This document shows, one piece after another, positions 9,967 through 23,159 of a stretch of 64,000 nt of DNA. Each line of letters begins with the position of its first letter. Position 1 is the stretch's first letter. The translations under genes and the position numbers were made by a program. Source of the stretch: Escherichia coli (GTDB lineage: Bacteria > Pseudomonadota > Gammaproteobacteria > Enterobacterales > Enterobacteriaceae); the NCBI RefSeq assembly GCF_003334305.1, contig NZ_QOWS01000016.1. The stretch is one strand, 5' to 3'. The notes beneath the pieces were generated by a model that saw only the letters and a list, made by a program, of their open reading frames with translations, was not told the origin of the DNA and did no database searches.

Positions 9967-11824
9967 TGAACTTGATGCCGGTAATGTGCTGGCGGTTGAA
10001 AATCTGAATATTGCCTTTATGCAGGACCAGCAGAAAATAGCTGCGGTCCGCAATCTCTCTTTTAGTCTGCAACGCGGTGAGACGCTGGCAATTGTTGGCG
10101 AATCCGGCTCCGGTAAGTCAGTGACTGCGTTGGCATTGATGCGCCTGTTGGAACAGGCGGGCGGTTTAGTACAGTGCGATAAAATGCTGTTGCAGCGGCG
10201 CAGTCGCGAAGTGATTGAACTTAGCGAGCAGAGCGCTGCACAAATGCGCCATGTTCGCGGTGCGGATATGGCGATGATATTTCAGGAGCCGATGACATCG
10301 CTGAACCCGGTATTTACTGTGGGTGAACAGATTGCCGAATCAATTCGTCTGCATCAGAACGCCAGTCGTGAAGAAGCGATGGTCGAGGCGAAGCGGATGC
10401 TGGATCAGGTACGCATTCCTGAGGCACAAACCATTCTTTCACGTTATCCGCATCAACTCTCTGGCGGGATGCGCCAGCGAGTGATGATTGCGATGGCGCT
10501 GTCATGCCGCCCGGCGGTGCTGATTGCCGATGAGCCAACCACCGCGCTGGATGTCACTATTCAGGCGCAGATCCTGCAATTAATCAAAGTATTGCAAAAA
10601 GAGATGTCGATGGGCGTTATCTTTATCACTCACGATATGGGCGTGGTGGCAGAGATTGCCGATCGGGTACTGGTGATGTATCAGGGCGAGGCGGTGGAAA
10701 CGGGTACCGTCGAACAGATTTTTCATGCACCGCAACATCCTTACACCCGTGCGCTGTTAGCTGCTGTTCCGCAACTTGGTGCGATGAAAGGGTTAGATTA
10801 TCCCCGACGTTTCCCGTTGATATCGCTTGAACATCCAGCGAAACAGGCCCCCCCCATCGAGCAGAAAACGGTGGTGGATGGCGAACCTGTTTTACGAGTG
10901 CGTAATCTTGTCACCCGTTTCCCTTTGCGCAGCGGTTTGTTGAATCGCGTAACGCGGGAAGTGCATGCCGTTGAGAAAGTCAGTTTTGATCTCTGGCCTG
11001 GCGAAACGCTATCGCTGGTGGGCGAGTCTGGCAGCGGTAAATCCACTACCGGGCGGGCGTTGCTGCGCCTGGTCGAATCGCAGGGCGGCGAAATTATCTT
11101 TAACGGTCAGAGAATCGATACCTTGTCACCCGGCAAACTTCAGGCATTGCGCCGGGATATTCAGTTTATTTTTCAGGACCCTTACGCTTCGCTGGACCCA
11201 CGTCAGACCATCGGTGATTCGATTATCGAACCGCTGCGTGTACACGGTTTATTGCCAGGTAAAGAAGCGGCTGCACGCGTTGCGTGGTTGCTGGAGCGCG
11301 TGGGCCTGTTACCTGAACATGCCTGGCGTTACCCGCATGAGTTTTCCGGCGGTCAGCGCCAGCGCATCTGCATTGCTCGCGCGTTGGCATTGAATCCGAA
11401 AGTGATCATTGCCGACGAAGCCGTCTCGGCGCTGGATGTTTCTATTCGCGGGCAGATTATCAACTTGTTGCTCGATCTCCAGCGTGATTTCGGCATTGCG
11501 TATCTGTTTATCTCCCACGATATGGCCGTGGTAGAGCGGATTAGTCATCGTGTGGCGGTGATGTATCTCGGACAAATTGTTGAAATTGGTCCACGGCGCG
11601 CGGTCTTCGAAAACCCGCAGCATCCTTATACGCGTAAATTACTGGCGGCAGTTCCGGTCGCTGAACCGTCCCGACAACGACCGCAGCGTGTACTGCTGTC
11701 GGACGATCTTCCCAGCAATATTCATCTGCGTGGCGAAGAGGTGGCAGCCGTCTCGTTGCAATGCGTCGGGCCGGGGCATTACGTCGCACAACCACAATCA
11801 GAATACGCATTCATGCGTAGATAA
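9953..11824 (+). CDS. gsiA: Glutathione ABC importer, ATP-binding subunit (two ABC domains)
   Basis: Track ORF extends to 9845 inside iaaA; TTG at 9953 preceded by AGGGG gives 623 aa starting (M)PHSDELD. Two Walker A motifs (GESGSGKS twice). Confidence 0.85.
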
Positions 11825-11843
11825 CATTCAGGCGGAGAATAAA

Positions 11844-13382
11844 ATGGCAAGAGCTGTACACCGTAGTGGGTTAGTGGCGTTGGGCATTGCGACAGCGTTG
11901 ATGGCATCTTGTGCATTCGCTGCCAAAGATGTGGTGGTGGCGGTAGGATCGAACTTCACCACGCTCGATCCGTATGACGCAAATGACACGTTATCTCAGG
12001 CCGTAGCGAAATCGTTTTACCAGGGGCTGTTTGGTCTGGATAAAGAGATGAAACTGAAAAACGTGCTGGCGGAGAGTTATACCGTTTCCGATGACGGCCT
12101 TACATACACCGTGAAATTGCGGGAAGGAATTAAATTCCAGGATGGCACCGATTTCAACGCAGCGGCGGTAAAAGCGAATCTGGACCGGGCCAGCGATCCG
12201 GCGAATCATCTTAAACGCTATAACCTGTATAAGAATATTGCCAAAACGGAGGCGATCGATCCAACAACAGTAAAGATTACTCTCAAACAGCCGTTCTCAG
12301 CGTTTATTAATATTCTTGCCCATCCGGCGACCGCGATGATTTCACCGGCAGCGCTGGAAAAATATGGCAAGGAGATTGGTTTTCATCCGGTGGGAACCGG
12401 ACCGTATGAACTGGATACCTGGAATCAGACCGATTTTGTGAAGGTGAAAAAATTCGCGGGTTACTGGCAGCCAGGATTGCCCAAACTGGACAGCATAACC
12501 TGGCGTCCGGTGGCGGATAACAACACCCGCGCGGCAATGCTGCAAACCGGTGAAGCGCAGTTTGCTTTCCCCATTCCCTACGAGCAGGCCACACTGCTGG
12601 AGAAAAACAAAAATATCGAGTTGATGGCCAGTCCGTCAATTATGCAGCGTTATATCAGTATGAACGTGACGCAAAAGCCGTTCGATAACCCGAAGGTCCG
12701 TGAGGCGCTGAATTACGCCATTAACCGTCCGGCGCTGGTGAAAGTTGCCTTTGCGGGCTATGCAACGCCAGCTACTGGTGTGGTACCGCCAAGTATCGCC
12801 TACGCGCAAAGTTATAAACCGTGGCCTTACGATCCAGTGAAAGCGCGCGAATTACTGAAAGAGGCGGGATATCCCAACGGTTTCAGTACCACGCTGTGGT
12901 CGTCACATAACCACAGCACCGCGCAGAAAGTGCTGCAATTTACCCAGCAGCAGTTAGCGCAGGTCGGGATTAAAGCCCAGGTGACTGCGATGGATGCCGG
13001 ACAGCGGGCGGCAGAAGTTGAAGGTAAAGGGCAAAAAGAGAGCGGCGTGCGGATGTTCTACACTGGCTGGTCGGCTTCAACCGGCGAAGCCGACTGGGCA
13101 CTATCGCCGTTGTTTGCCTCGCAAAACTGGCCACCGACGCTGTTTAATACCGCGTTTTACAGCAATAAACAGGTGGATGACTTCCTGGCTCAGGCACTGA
13201 AAACTAATGATCCGGCGGAAAAGACCCGCTTGTATAAGGCGGCGCAGGATATCATCTGGCAAGAGTCGCCGTGGATCCCGCTGGTGGTAGAAAAACTGGT
13301 GTCGGCACACAGTAAAAACCTGACCGGTTTTTGGATCATGCCAGACACCGGCTTCAGCTTTGAAGACGCGGATTTGCAATAA
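11844..13382 (+). CDS. gsiB: Glutathione ABC importer, periplasmic binding protein
   Basis: ATG 11844 after GGAG gives 512 aa with a signal peptide ([26 protein letters not shown]); family-5 solute-binding protein. Confidence 0.9.
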   Translation: MARAVHRSGLVALGIATALMASCAFAAKDVVVAVGSNFTTLDPYDANDTLSQAVAKSFYQGLFGLDKEMKLKNVLAESYTVSDDGLTYTVKLREGIKFQDGTDFNAAAVKANLDRASDPANHLKRYNLYKNIAKTEAIDPTTVKITLKQPFSAFINILAHPATAMISPAALEKYGKEIGFHPVGTGPYELDTWNQTDFVKVKKFAGYWQPGLPKLDSITWRPVADNNTRAAMLQTGEAQFAFPIPYEQATLLEKNKNIELMASPSIMQRYISMNVTQKPFDNPKVREALNYAINRPALVKVAFAGYATPATGVVPPSIAYAQSYKPWPYDPVKARELLKEAGYPNGFSTTLWSSHNHSTAQKVLQFTQQQLAQVGIKAQVTAMDAGQRAAEVEGKGQKESGVRMFYTGWSASTGEADWALSPLFASQNWPPTLFNTAFYSNKQVDDFLAQALKTNDPAEKTRLYKAAQDIIWQESPWIPLVVEKLVSAHSKNLTGFWIMPDTGFSFEDADLQ

Positions 13383-13399
13383 GCAACGCAGGGAGTGGA

Positions 13400-14320
13400 A
13401 TGCTTAATTACGTTATCAAACGATTACTGGGGTTGATTCCGACGCTGTTTATCGTCTCGGTGCTGGTGTTTTTATTTGTGCATATGCTGCCCGGCGATCC
13501 GGCGCGATTGATTGCCGGGCCCGAAGCTGATGCGCAGGTTATAGAACTGGTGCGTCAGCAGCTGGGGTTGGATCAGCCGCTGTATCACCAGTTCTGGCAC
13601 TATATCAGCAATGCTGTGCAGGGGGATTTTGGCCTGTCGATGGTGTCGCGTCGTCCGGTTGCCGATGATATTGCCAGCCGCTTTATGCCAACGCTGTGGC
13701 TGACCATAACCAGTATGGTCTGGGCGGTGATATTTGGTATGGCGGCGGGAATTATCGCCGCCGTCTGGCGTAATCGTTGGCCGGATCGATTGAGTATGAC
13801 CATTGCGGTGTCGGGGATCTCGTTTCCGGCATTTGCGCTGGGGATGCTTTTAATTCAGGTATTCTCCGTTGAACTGGGCTGGCTGCCTACCGTGGGAGCA
13901 GACAGTTGGCAGCACTACATTTTACCCTCCCTGACGCTCGGCGCGGCAGTGGCAGCCGTGATGGCGCGCTTTACCCGCGCGTCGTTTGTCGATGTTTTAA
14001 GCGAAGATTATATGCGTACCGCGAGGGCGAAAGGGGTGAGCGAAACCTGGGTTGTCCTCAAACACGGGCTACGTAACGCGATGATCCCGGTAGTGACCAT
14101 GATGGGCTTACAGTTTGGCTTTTTGCTCGGTGGTTCTATCGTGGTGGAGAAAGTTTTCAACTGGCCCGGACTTGGACGCTTACTCGTTGACTCCGTAGAA
14201 ATGCGCGATTACCCGGTGATTCAGGCGGAAATTCTGCTTTTCTCGCTGGAATTTATTCTTATCAACTTAGTGGTGGATGTGCTTTACGCCGCCATTAACC
14301 CGGCTATCAGGTACAAGTAA
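13400..14320 (+). CDS. gsiC: Glutathione ABC importer permease
   Basis: 306 aa, hydrophobic; DppB/OppB-like permease. Confidence 0.9.
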   Translation: MLNYVIKRLLGLIPTLFIVSVLVFLFVHMLPGDPARLIAGPEADAQVIELVRQQLGLDQPLYHQFWHYISNAVQGDFGLSMVSRRPVADDIASRFMPTLWLTITSMVWAVIFGMAAGIIAAVWRNRWPDRLSMTIAVSGISFPAFALGMLLIQVFSVELGWLPTVGADSWQHYILPSLTLGAAVAAVMARFTRASFVDVLSEDYMRTARAKGVSETWVVLKHGLRNAMIPVVTMMGLQFGFLLGGSIVVEKVFNWPGLGRLLVDSVEMRDYPVIQAEILLFSLEFILINLVVDVLYAAINPAIRYK

Positions 14321-14322
14321 GG

Positions 14323-15234
14323 ATGCGACTATTTAACTGGCGACGTCAGGCGGTGTTAAACGCCATGCCACTGGTCAAACCTGACCAGGTGCGTACACCG
14401 TGGCATGAATTCTGGCGACGATTTCGCCGTCAGCATATGGCGATGACCGCCGCATTATTCGTTATTTTATTGATTGTGGTGGCCATTTTTGCACGCTGGA
14501 TCGCTCCCTATGACGCCGAAAATTATTTTGATTATGACAATCTGAATAACGGACCTTCTTTGCAGCACTGGTTTGGCGTCGATTCACTGGGGCGCGACAT
14601 TTTCAGCCGTGTCCTGGTTGGTGCGCAAATCTCGCTGGCGGCGGGCGTGTTTGCCGTGTTTATCGGTGCGGCGATAGGGACGTTGCTGGGCTTGCTGGCT
14701 GGATATTATGAAGGCTGGTGGGATCGGCTGATCATGCGCATTTGCGATGTGCTGTTTGCCTTCCCGGGTATTTTACTGGCGATCGCTGTTGTTGCGGTGT
14801 TGGGAAGCGGCATTGCTAACGTGATTATCGCAGTCGCCATTTTTTCCATCCCCGCGTTTGCCCGCCTGGTGCGCGGCAACACGCTGGTGTTGAAACAGCA
14901 AACCTTTATTGAGTCAGCACGCAGTATTGGTGCCAGCGATATGACCATTTTATTGCGTCATATCTTGCCTGGGACCGTCTCGTCTATCGTGGTGTTTTTC
15001 ACCATGCGCATTGGCACCTCGATTATCTCTGCCGCCAGCCTGTCATTTCTCGGCCTCGGTGCGCAGCCGCCGACACCAGAGTGGGGAGCAATGCTCAATG
15101 AGGCACGAGCGGATATGGTTATCGCGCCGCATGTCGCTGTTTTTCCGGCCCTGGCTATTTTTCTGACCGTACTGGCGTTCAATTTGTTGGGCGATGGTTT
15201 ACGCGATGCGCTGGATCCGAAAATTAAAGGATAG
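14323..15234 (+). CDS. gsiD: Glutathione ABC importer permease
   Basis: 303 aa, hydrophobic; DppC/OppC-like permease. Confidence 0.9.
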   Translation: MRLFNWRRQAVLNAMPLVKPDQVRTPWHEFWRRFRRQHMAMTAALFVILLIVVAIFARWIAPYDAENYFDYDNLNNGPSLQHWFGVDSLGRDIFSRVLVGAQISLAAGVFAVFIGAAIGTLLGLLAGYYEGWWDRLIMRICDVLFAFPGILLAIAVVAVLGSGIANVIIAVAIFSIPAFARLVRGNTLVLKQQTFIESARSIGASDMTILLRHILPGTVSSIVVFFTMRIGTSIISAASLSFLGLGAQPPTPEWGAMLNEARADMVIAPHVAVFPALAIFLTVLAFNLLGDGLRDALDPKIKG

Positions 15235-15411
15235 TTACGTTTGAATATTGCTTGAAAGGGTAATCACCTCACAGGAAATTATTGCCCTAAGCAAGTGTTG
15301 TAACTTTCTGCTGATTTTGTAGAATCGGGTAATTTGGTTAAAAAGCCGCAGCAAGGGACTATTTTTGCAGCGGCACAGCGTTCAGATAGTTATTTTGTTA
15401 AATGTATTAAC

Positions 15412-17760
15412 ATGCTGAGTTTATACGAAAAGATAAAGATAAGGCTGATAATTTTATTTTTATTGGCAGCACTGTCATTTATTGGTCTTTTTTTCATCAT
15501 TAACTATCAACTGGTATCGGAACGCGCGGTAAAACGTGCCGATAGCCGCTTTGAACTTATTCAGAAAAACGTTGGCTATTTCTTTAAAGATATTGAACGT
15601 TCGGCCCTGACATTAAAGGACTCACTGTATTTATTAAAAAATACAGAGGAGATTCAACGCGCCGTGATTCTGAAAATGGAAATGATGCCATTTTTAGACT
15701 CGGTGGGACTGGTACTTGATGATAATAAATATTATCTCTTTTCACGGAGGGCGAATGATAAAATCGTTGTTTATCATCAGGAACAAGTAAATGGACCGCT
15801 TGTCGACGAGTCAGGGCGGGTTATTTTTGCCGATTTTAACCCATCGAAACGACCGTGGTCGGTGGCTTCAGATGACTCTAACAACAGCTGGAATCCGGCA
15901 TACAATTGCTTTGATCGTCCGGGTAAAAAATGTATCTCTTTTACGCTACGTATCAACGGCAAAGATCACGATTTGTTAGCGGTAGATAAAATTCATGTCG
16001 ATTTAAACTGGCGGTATCTGAACGAGTATCTTGATCAAATCAGCGCTAATGATGAAGTTCTATTTTTGAAACAAGGTCATGAGATCATTGCCAAGAATCA
16101 ACTCGCTCGTGAAAAACTGATTATTTATAATAGCGAAGGTAATTATAATATTATTGATTCTGTCGATACGGAGTATATTGCAAAGACATCAGCAGTGCCA
16201 AATAATGCATTGTTCGAAATCTATTTTTATTATCCTGGCGGTAATTTATTGAACGCATCAGATAAACTTTTTTATCTACCGTTTGCGTTCATTATTATCG
16301 TGTTGCTGGTGGTATATTTCATGACCACTCGTGTGTTCCGTCGGCAATTTTCTGAAATGACCGAGCTGGTTAATACGCTGGCGTTTTTGCCCGACTCAAC
16401 GGATCAAATCGAGGCTCTGAAAATTCGCGAAGGCGATGCGAAAGAGATTATCAGCATCAAAAATTCGATCGCGGAAATGAAAGATGCCGAAATTGAACGG
16501 TCAAATAAATTGCTCTCACTGATCTCTTACGATCAGGAAAGCGGTTTTATTAAAAATATGGCGATTATTGAGTCCAACAATAATCAGTATCTGGCTGTGG
16601 GGATCATCAAACTGTGTGGTCTGGAAGCCGTGGAAGCGGTGTTTGGTGTTGATGAACGCAATAAAATCGTCAGGAAATTGTGTCAGCGAATTGCCGAGAA
16701 ATATGCGCAATGCTGCGATATCGTGACATTCAATGCCGATCTCTATTTACTTCTGTGTCGGGAAAATGTACAGACATTTACCCGTAAAATAGCGATGGTA
16801 AACGATTTTGACAGCAGCTTTGGCTACCGCAATCTGCGCATCCATAAGTCTGCCATTTGTGAACCTTTGCAGGGGGAAAACGCCTGGAGTTACGCAGAAA
16901 AACTGAAACTGGCGATTTCCAGTATCCGTGACCATATGTTCTCCGAGTTTATTTTTTGTGATGACGCGAAACTCAACGAAATAGAAGAGAATATCTGGAT
17001 TGCGCGTAATATTCGCCATGCAATGGAAATTGGCGAACTATTCCTCGTCTATCAACCGATCGTTGATATTAACACCCGCGCCATTCTGGGCGCGGAGGCG
17101 TTGTGCCGTTGGGTTTCTGCGGAGCGGGGGATCATTTCACCGCTGAAGTTCATTACCATTGCTGAAGATATCGGGTTTATCAATGAGCTGGGTTATCAGA
17201 TTATTAAAACGGCAATGGGTGAATTCAGACATTTTAGTCAGCGTGCGTCGCTGAAGGATGATTTCTTACTGCATATTAATGTTTCGCCCTGGCAGTTAAA
17301 CGAACCGCACTTTCATGAGCGTTTTACCACCATCATGAAAGAAAATGGCCTGAAGGCGAACAGCCTCTGTGTTGAGATCACTGAAACCGTGATCGAGCGA
17401 ATTAATGAACATTTTTATCTCAATATTGAACAACTGCGTAAACAAGGGGTACGGATATCGATTGATGACTTTGGCACCGGTTTGTCAAACCTGAAACGTT
17501 TTTATGAAATTAATCCAGACAGCATAAAGGTGGACTCGCAATTTACCGGCGATATTTTCGGTACTGCGGGAAAAATTGTGCGCATTATTTTCGATCTGGC
17601 ACGCTATAACCGGATCCCGGTGATTGCGGAAGGCGTAGAGAGCGAAGACGTTGCGCGCGAATTAATCAAATTAGGATGTGTTCAGGCCCAAGGGTATCTG
17701 TACCAGAAACCCATGCCATTCTCCGCCTGGGATAAAAGTGGAAAATTAGTAAAAGAGTAG
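15412..17760 (+). CDS. pdeI: c-di-GMP phosphodiesterase (EAL) with N-terminal periplasmic sensor region
   Basis: ATG 15412 gives 782 aa (YliE); N-terminal TM helix, large periplasmic region, second TM, then an EAL domain ([14 protein letters not shown]). Confidence 0.85.
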   Translation: MLSLYEKIKIRLIILFLLAALSFIGLFFIINYQLVSERAVKRADSRFELIQKNVGYFFKDIERSALTLKDSLYLLKNTEEIQRAVILKMEMMPFLDSVGLVLDDNKYYLFSRRANDKIVVYHQEQVNGPLVDESGRVIFADFNPSKRPWSVASDDSNNSWNPAYNCFDRPGKKCISFTLRINGKDHDLLAVDKIHVDLNWRYLNEYLDQISANDEVLFLKQGHEIIAKNQLAREKLIIYNSEGNYNIIDSVDTEYIAKTSAVPNNALFEIYFYYPGGNLLNASDKLFYLPFAFIIIVLLVVYFMTTRVFRRQFSEMTELVNTLAFLPDSTDQIEALKIREGDAKEIISIKNSIAEMKDAEIERSNKLLSLISYDQESGFIKNMAIIESNNNQYLAVGIIKLCGLEAVEAVFGVDERNKIVRKLCQRIAEKYAQCCDIVTFNADLYLLLCRENVQTFTRKIAMVNDFDSSFGYRNLRIHKSAICEPLQGENAWSYAEKLKLAISSIRDHMFSEFIFCDDAKLNEIEENIWIARNIRHAMEIGELFLVYQPIVDINTRAILGAEALCRWVSAERGIISPLKFITIAEDIGFINELGYQIIKTAMGEFRHFSQRASLKDDFLLHINVSPWQLNEPHFHERFTTIMKENGLKANSLCVEITETVIERINEHFYLNIEQLRKQGVRISIDDFGTGLSNLKRFYEINPDSIKVDSQFTGDIFGTAGKIVRIIFDLARYNRIPVIAEGVESEDVARELIKLGCVQAQGYLYQKPMPFSAWDKSGKLVKE

Positions 17761-17767
17761 TTTACGT

Positions 17768-19096
17768 ATGTCCAGAATCAATAAGTTCGTACTTACAGTC
17801 AGTCTGCTGATTTTTATCATGATTTCAGCAGTTGCCTGCGGGATCTACACTCAAATGGTAAAGGAACGGGTGTATAGCCTGAAACAGTCCGTTATTGATA
17901 CTGCTTTTGCGGTGGCAAATATTGCTGAATATCGGCGTAGCGTGGCAATTGATCTTATCAATACGCTAAATCCCACGGAGGAACAGCTGTTGGTTGGCTT
18001 ACGCACAGCTTACGCTGACTCGGTTTCACCCTCTTACTTGTACGATGTCGGTCCTTATCTGATTTCCAGTGACGAATGTATTCAGGTAAAGGAGTTCGAG
18101 AAAAATTATTGTGCAGATATTATGCAGGTTGTGAAGTATCGACATGTCAAAAATACAGGGTTTATCTCTTTTGACGGTAAAACCTTCGTCTATTACCTCT
18201 ATCCGGTAACTCACAATCGTAGTCTGATATTTTTGCTTGGTCTGGAGCGTTTTTCTTTACTGTCAAAATCGCTGGCGATGGACAGCGAGAACCTGATGTT
18301 CTCTCTGTTTAAGAACGGTAAACCGGTGACCGGTGATGAATATAATGCTAAAAACGCCATCTTCACCGTTTCGGAAGCGATGGAGCACTTCGCCTATTTG
18401 CCGACCGGATTGTATGTATTTGCGTATAAAAAAGATGTTTATTTGCGGGTTTGTACATTGATTATTTTCTTTGCCGCATTGGTGGCAGTGATATCGGGTG
18501 CCAGTTGCCTCTATCTGGTACGCAGAGTGATTAATCGTGGTATTGTGGAGAAAGAAGCCATCATTAATAACCATTTTGAACGCGTACTGGATGGCGGGCT
18601 TTTCTTTTCGGCTGCCGATGTCAAAAAACTCTACAGTATGTATAACTCGGCGTTCCTGGACGACCTGACCAAAGCAATGGGCAGAAAATCCTTTGACGAA
18701 GATTTAAAAGCGCTGCCGGAAAAAGGCGGTTATTTGTGCCTGTTTGACGTCGATAAATTCAAAAACATTAACGACACCTTCGGTCATTTGCTGGGCGATG
18801 AAGTGTTGATGAAAGTGGTGAAAATCCTTAAATCACAGATCCCGGTAGATAAAGGTAAAGTCTACCGCTTCGGCGGTGACGAATTTGCGGTGATTTATAC
18901 GGGTGGAACGCTGGAAGAGTTGCTATCGATTCTAAAAGAAATCGTTCATTTCCAGGTGGGAAGCATTAATTTAAGTACCAGTATCGGTGTAGCACATTCA
19001 AATGAATGTCCTACCGTCGAACGCTTGAAAATGCTGGCGGATGAGCGGCTGTATAAGAGTAAGAAAAACGGCAGGGCACAGATTAGCTGGCAGTAA
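17768..19096 (+). CDS. dgcI: Diguanylate cyclase (GGDEF) with periplasmic sensor region
   Basis: 442 aa (YliF); two TM segments flanking a periplasmic domain; C-terminal [14 protein letters not shown] motif. Confidence 0.85.
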   Translation: MSRINKFVLTVSLLIFIMISAVACGIYTQMVKERVYSLKQSVIDTAFAVANIAEYRRSVAIDLINTLNPTEEQLLVGLRTAYADSVSPSYLYDVGPYLISSDECIQVKEFEKNYCADIMQVVKYRHVKNTGFISFDGKTFVYYLYPVTHNRSLIFLLGLERFSLLSKSLAMDSENLMFSLFKNGKPVTGDEYNAKNAIFTVSEAMEHFAYLPTGLYVFAYKKDVYLRVCTLIIFFAALVAVISGASCLYLVRRVINRGIVEKEAIINNHFERVLDGGLFFSAADVKKLYSMYNSAFLDDLTKAMGRKSFDEDLKALPEKGGYLCLFDVDKFKNINDTFGHLLGDEVLMKVVKILKSQIPVDKGKVYRFGGDEFAVIYTGGTLEELLSILKEIVHFQVGSINLSTSIGVAHSNECPTVERLKMLADERLYKSKKNGRAQISWQ

Positions 19097-19106
19097 TCAT
19101 TATTCG

Positions 19107-19136
19107 CAGGCCGGACAAATGATTTTGCCCGGCCTG
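19107..19136. terminator. Stem-loop between convergent dgcI and rimO
   Basis: CAGGCCGG-loop-CCGGCCTG inverted repeat; no strong flanking U-run. Confidence 0.4.
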
Positions 19137-19142
19137 AATTAA

Positions 19143-20468
19143 TTAAACCCGGCTACCCCACAAATCGTACTCATCGGCGTGCTCGACTTTCACACGCAGG
19201 ATATCACCCGGCTTAACGTTGGTTTCACCATTGAGATAAACCGCGCCGTCGATTTCCGGTGCATCTGCCATGCTGCGACCAATTGCGCCTTCTTCGTCCA
19301 CTTCGTCGATAATCACCAGAATTTCACGGCCCACTTTCTCTTGCAGGCGCTCGGCGGAAATCTGCTGCTGCAGCTGCATGAAACGGTTCCAGCGTTCTTC
19401 TTTCACTTCTTCCGGAACCTGGTCAGGCAGGGCATTGGCGTCTGCACCTTCAACCGGGCTGTATTTAAAGCAGCCAACGCGATCCAGACGCGCTTCTTTC
19501 AGGAAGTCGAGTAGCATCTGGAAATCTTCTTCTGTCTCGCCAGGGAAGCCGACAATAAAGGTTGAGCGTAGGGTCAGTTCCGGGCAGATTTCGCGCCACT
19601 GTTTGATGCGCGCCAGTTGGCGATCTACAGAACCCGGACGCTTCATCAGTTTGAGAATGCGCGGGCTGGCGTGCTGCAACGGAATGTCCAGATACGGCAG
19701 GATTTTGCCTTCTGCCATCAGTGGGATGACGTCGTCCACATGCGGATAAGGGTAAACGTAGTGCAGACGTGTCCAGATCCCCAGTTTCGATAACTGTTCG
19801 CACAGGCTGACCATGCTGGTTTTTACCGGCTCGCCGTTGTGGAAGCCAGTACGATGTTTAACATCAACGCCATAGGCGGAAGTATCCTGCGAGATCACCA
19901 GAATCTCTTTAACGCCCGCATCTACCAGACGTTTCGCTTCACTTAACACTTCGCCAATCGGACGGCTCACCAGGTCGCCGCGCATAGACGGAATAATGCA
20001 GAAGGTGCAGCGGTGATTACAGCCTTCTGAAATTTTCAGATAGGCATAATGACGCGGTGTCAGTTTCACACCTTGTTCTGGCACCAGGCTCAGGAATGGG
20101 TTGTGTTTCGGTTTTGGCACGTAGTGATGAACGTGCTCCAGAACCTGCTCATAGCTATGAGGCCCGGTGATTTCCAGCACTTTCGGGTGGACTTCGCGGA
20201 TCTGATCTTCTTTTGCCCCCAGACAACCGGTCACAATTACCTTGCCGTTTTCATTCAACGCTTCACCAATGGCTTCCAGTGATTCTTGTACCGCGCTGTC
20301 AATAAAGCCGCAGGTGTTGACGATCACCATGTCCGCATCGTCATAGCTCGGTACCACGTCATAACCTTCAGTGCGTAGTTCGGTGAGAATACGCTCTGAA
20401 TCGACAAGGTTTTTCGGACAGCCAAGGGAAACAAAGCCGATTTTCGGCTGGGGAGTTACTTTGCTCAT
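19143..20468 (-). CDS. rimO: Ribosomal protein S12 methylthiotransferase (radical SAM MTTase)
   Basis: 441 aa; CNHRCTFC radical-SAM motif; N-terminal MTTase domain cysteines. Confidence 0.9.
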
Positions 20469-20680
20469 AGCTTAAAAAATATTCAGTTACAGGAAAGGTC
20501 AGGGCAGGGATTCTACAGAGTTCTGGATAAAATTTGTATCGCAATCTCATTCGCTGGCGGAGGCGAAGGAAATGTAAATTTTGTTAATTTGGCGTGAAGA
20601 ATTGATCCTGGACAGCATTTTGCTCAAAAAATAGCCATACTATTTAATTGCAACAAGGCTGGAAAGAGGAGGATCGAAGT

Positions 20681-21064
20681 ATGTTCGTTGACAGACAGCG
20701 AATCGATCTGCTGAACCGGTTGATCGACGCACGCGTTGACCTCGCTGCATACGTGCAACTGAGGAAGGCAAAAGGATACATGTCCGTCAGCGAAAGCAAT
20801 CATCTACGAGATAACTTTTTTAAACTGAATCGCGAACTGCACGATAAATCGCTGCGGTTGAATCTTCATCTGGATCAGGAAGAGTGGAGTGCTCTTCATC
20901 ATGCTGAAGAAGCATTAGCGACAGCCGCAGTATGTTTGATGAGTGGGCACCATGATTGCCCGACTGTTATTACCGTCAACGCCGATAAGCTTGAAAATTG
21001 TCTGATGAGCTTAACGCTGAGTATCCAGAGCCTGCAGAAGCACGCCATGCTTGAGAAGGCCTGA
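20681..21064 (+). CDS. bssR: Biofilm regulator BssR
   Basis: ATG 20681 after AGAGGAGG gives 127 aa starting MFVDRQRIDLLNRL. Confidence 0.85.
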   Translation: MFVDRQRIDLLNRLIDARVDLAAYVQLRKAKGYMSVSESNHLRDNFFKLNRELHDKSLRLNLHLDQEEWSALHHAEEALATAAVCLMSGHHDCPTVITVNADKLENCLMSLTLSIQSLQKHAMLEKA

Positions 21065-21070
21065 AAACTA

Positions 21071-21100
21071 AGGGGGAGAAAGCGTCTCCCCCTTCATGTT
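21071..21100 (+). terminator. Rho-independent terminator of bssR
   Basis: GGGGGAGA-aagcg-TCTCCCCC hairpin followed by T-rich tract. Confidence 0.55.
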
Positions 21101-21174
21101 TAAGTTTTTGTAAAAATGAATTTGTTATCTCCTCCACTGACTACGCTTTAAGCCAGAGTCAATCCGGAGGCGTT

Positions 21175-22290
21175 ATGCATCGACAATCCTTTTTCCTTGT
21201 GCCCCTTATTTGTCTTTCTTCCGCTCTCTGGGCGGCTCCTGCAACGGTAAATGTCGAAGTACTGCAAGACAAACTCGACCATCCCTGGGCACTGGCCTTT
21301 TTACCCGATAATCACGGTATGTTAATCACTCTGCGCGGCGGCGAGTTGCGTCACTGGCAAGCAGGAAAAGGATTATCTGCGCCGCTTTCCGGAGTTCCGG
21401 ACGTTTGGGCGCACGGGCAGGGCGGCCTGCTGGACGTGGTTTTAGCGCCTGATTTTGCTCAGTCTCGCCGCATCTGGTTAAGTTATTCCGAAGTTGGCGA
21501 TGATGGCAAAGCCGGAACTGCTGTGGGTTATGGCCGCTTAAGTGATGATCTCTCAAAAGTGGCCGACTTCCGCACCGTCTTCCGCCAGATGCCAAAACTG
21601 TCTACCGGCAACCATTTTGGCGGGCGGCTGGTATTCGACGGTAAAGGTTATCTTTTTATTGCTCTGGGCGAAAACAATCAGCGCCCGACGGCGCAGGATC
21701 TGGATAAATTACAGGGCAAACTGGTGCGTCTGACCGACCAGGGCGAAATCCCGGATGATAATCCTTTTATAAAGGAATCCGGTGCGCGCGCCGAGATCTG
21801 GTCTTATGGCATTCGTAATCCGCAAGGAATGGCGATGAATCCGTGGAGTAATGCACTGTGGCTGAATGAACATGGCCCGCGCGGTGGTGATGAAATTAAT
21901 ATCCCGCAAAAAGGCAAAAACTACGGCTGGCCGCTGGCAACCTGGGGAATCAACTATTCAGGCTTTAAGATACCGGAAGCGAAAGGGGAGATCGTCGCCG
22001 GGACCGAGCAACCTGTTTTTTACTGGAAAGATTCGCCCGCTGTGAGCGGCATGGCCTTCTATAACAGCGATAAATTCCCCCAGTGGCAGCAAAAATTATT
22101 TATAGGCGCGCTGAAAGATAAAGATGTCATTGTGATGAGCGTCAACGGCGACAAAGTGACAGAAGATGGCCGTATTTTAACGGACAGAGGGCAGCGAATT
22201 CGTGATGTTCGCACTGGACCCGACGGTTATTTATACGTTCTCACCGACGAGTCCAGTGGGGAATTACTTAAAGTTAGCCCACGCAATTAG
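21175..22290 (+). CDS. yliI: Soluble aldose sugar dehydrogenase (PQQ-dependent beta-propeller), periplasmic
   Basis: 371 aa with signal peptide; matches YliI. Confidence 0.9.
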
Positions 22291-22913
22291 CTAACGGGAA
22301 TCATCACCACTTTGCGCACTGCGGGGCGTTCAGTGAGTTGCTGATACCAGCGTTGCAGATTTGGACGCGGTGTCCAGGTCAGGCCAACGTTAAACAAATT
22401 GTAGATGAACGGTGCGATAGCGATATCGCCCACACCAAACTCGTCGCCAGAGAACCATTTTACTTTTGCCAGTTCCGCATCGAGCAGGGCAAACAGGGCG
22501 TCGCACTCTTTGCAACTGGCATCAATGGCGGCCTGATCGCGCTCTTCGGGTGGTGTTCTGACTAATCCCATCAGGATCCCGCGATGAGCATTACTGAGTG
22601 TCTGGTTTGCCCAGTCCATCCATTTTTCCGCTTCCGCACGACGTGCCGGTGAGTCGATCCACAGGCGTTTTTGCCCGTACTGTGCCGCCAGATAGCGGAC
22701 AATGGCGTTTGATTCCCAAAGAATGAGATCACTTTCGTCGTCACGCAACAACGGCACCAGCCCGTTAGGGTTCATCGCCAGAAAATCAGCATCGTGATTT
22801 ATCCCAAACTCACGGCCCGCGAGAATTTGCTCATAAGGTAGTTCCAGTTCTTCGAGCGTCAGCAATACTTTTTTTACGTTGGTTGAATTATTCCGACCCC
22901 ACAGCGTAATCAT
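22287..22913 (-). CDS. gstB: Glutathione S-transferase
   Basis: ATG 22913 gives 208 aa starting MITLWGR. Confidence 0.85.
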
Positions 22914-23159
22914 ACTCACCCCTTTTCCGACAGGCAGCCACAGACTGAACAGGACTCCGATGGTGAAGTAAAGTTAACTTTTAAGCAACAGCTGGCAAAA
23001 AAATGACACCAGAAGCAGCGAAGCGGCAGGATATTGCATAAACTTTAAAAACTTTACCAACTTACGGTTTCTTTAAGTTTGTGTGTGCGTTATTAATCAC
23101 CGAACTTATCATACGGCGATATAACGTATTTTTTTTGAATGGATACTCGGGTGGCATTT

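Noticed and set aside
11577-11843. N-terminal extension of the gsiB ORF overlapping the gsiA 3' end (track ORF 601 aa)
   Set aside because: The extension has no signal-peptide context, whereas ATG 11844 is preceded by GGAG and gives a canonical signal peptide and the expected 512-aa binding protein. Similar over-extensions at fsaA, potF, artP, pdeI, dacC, ybjS and others were trimmed the same way.
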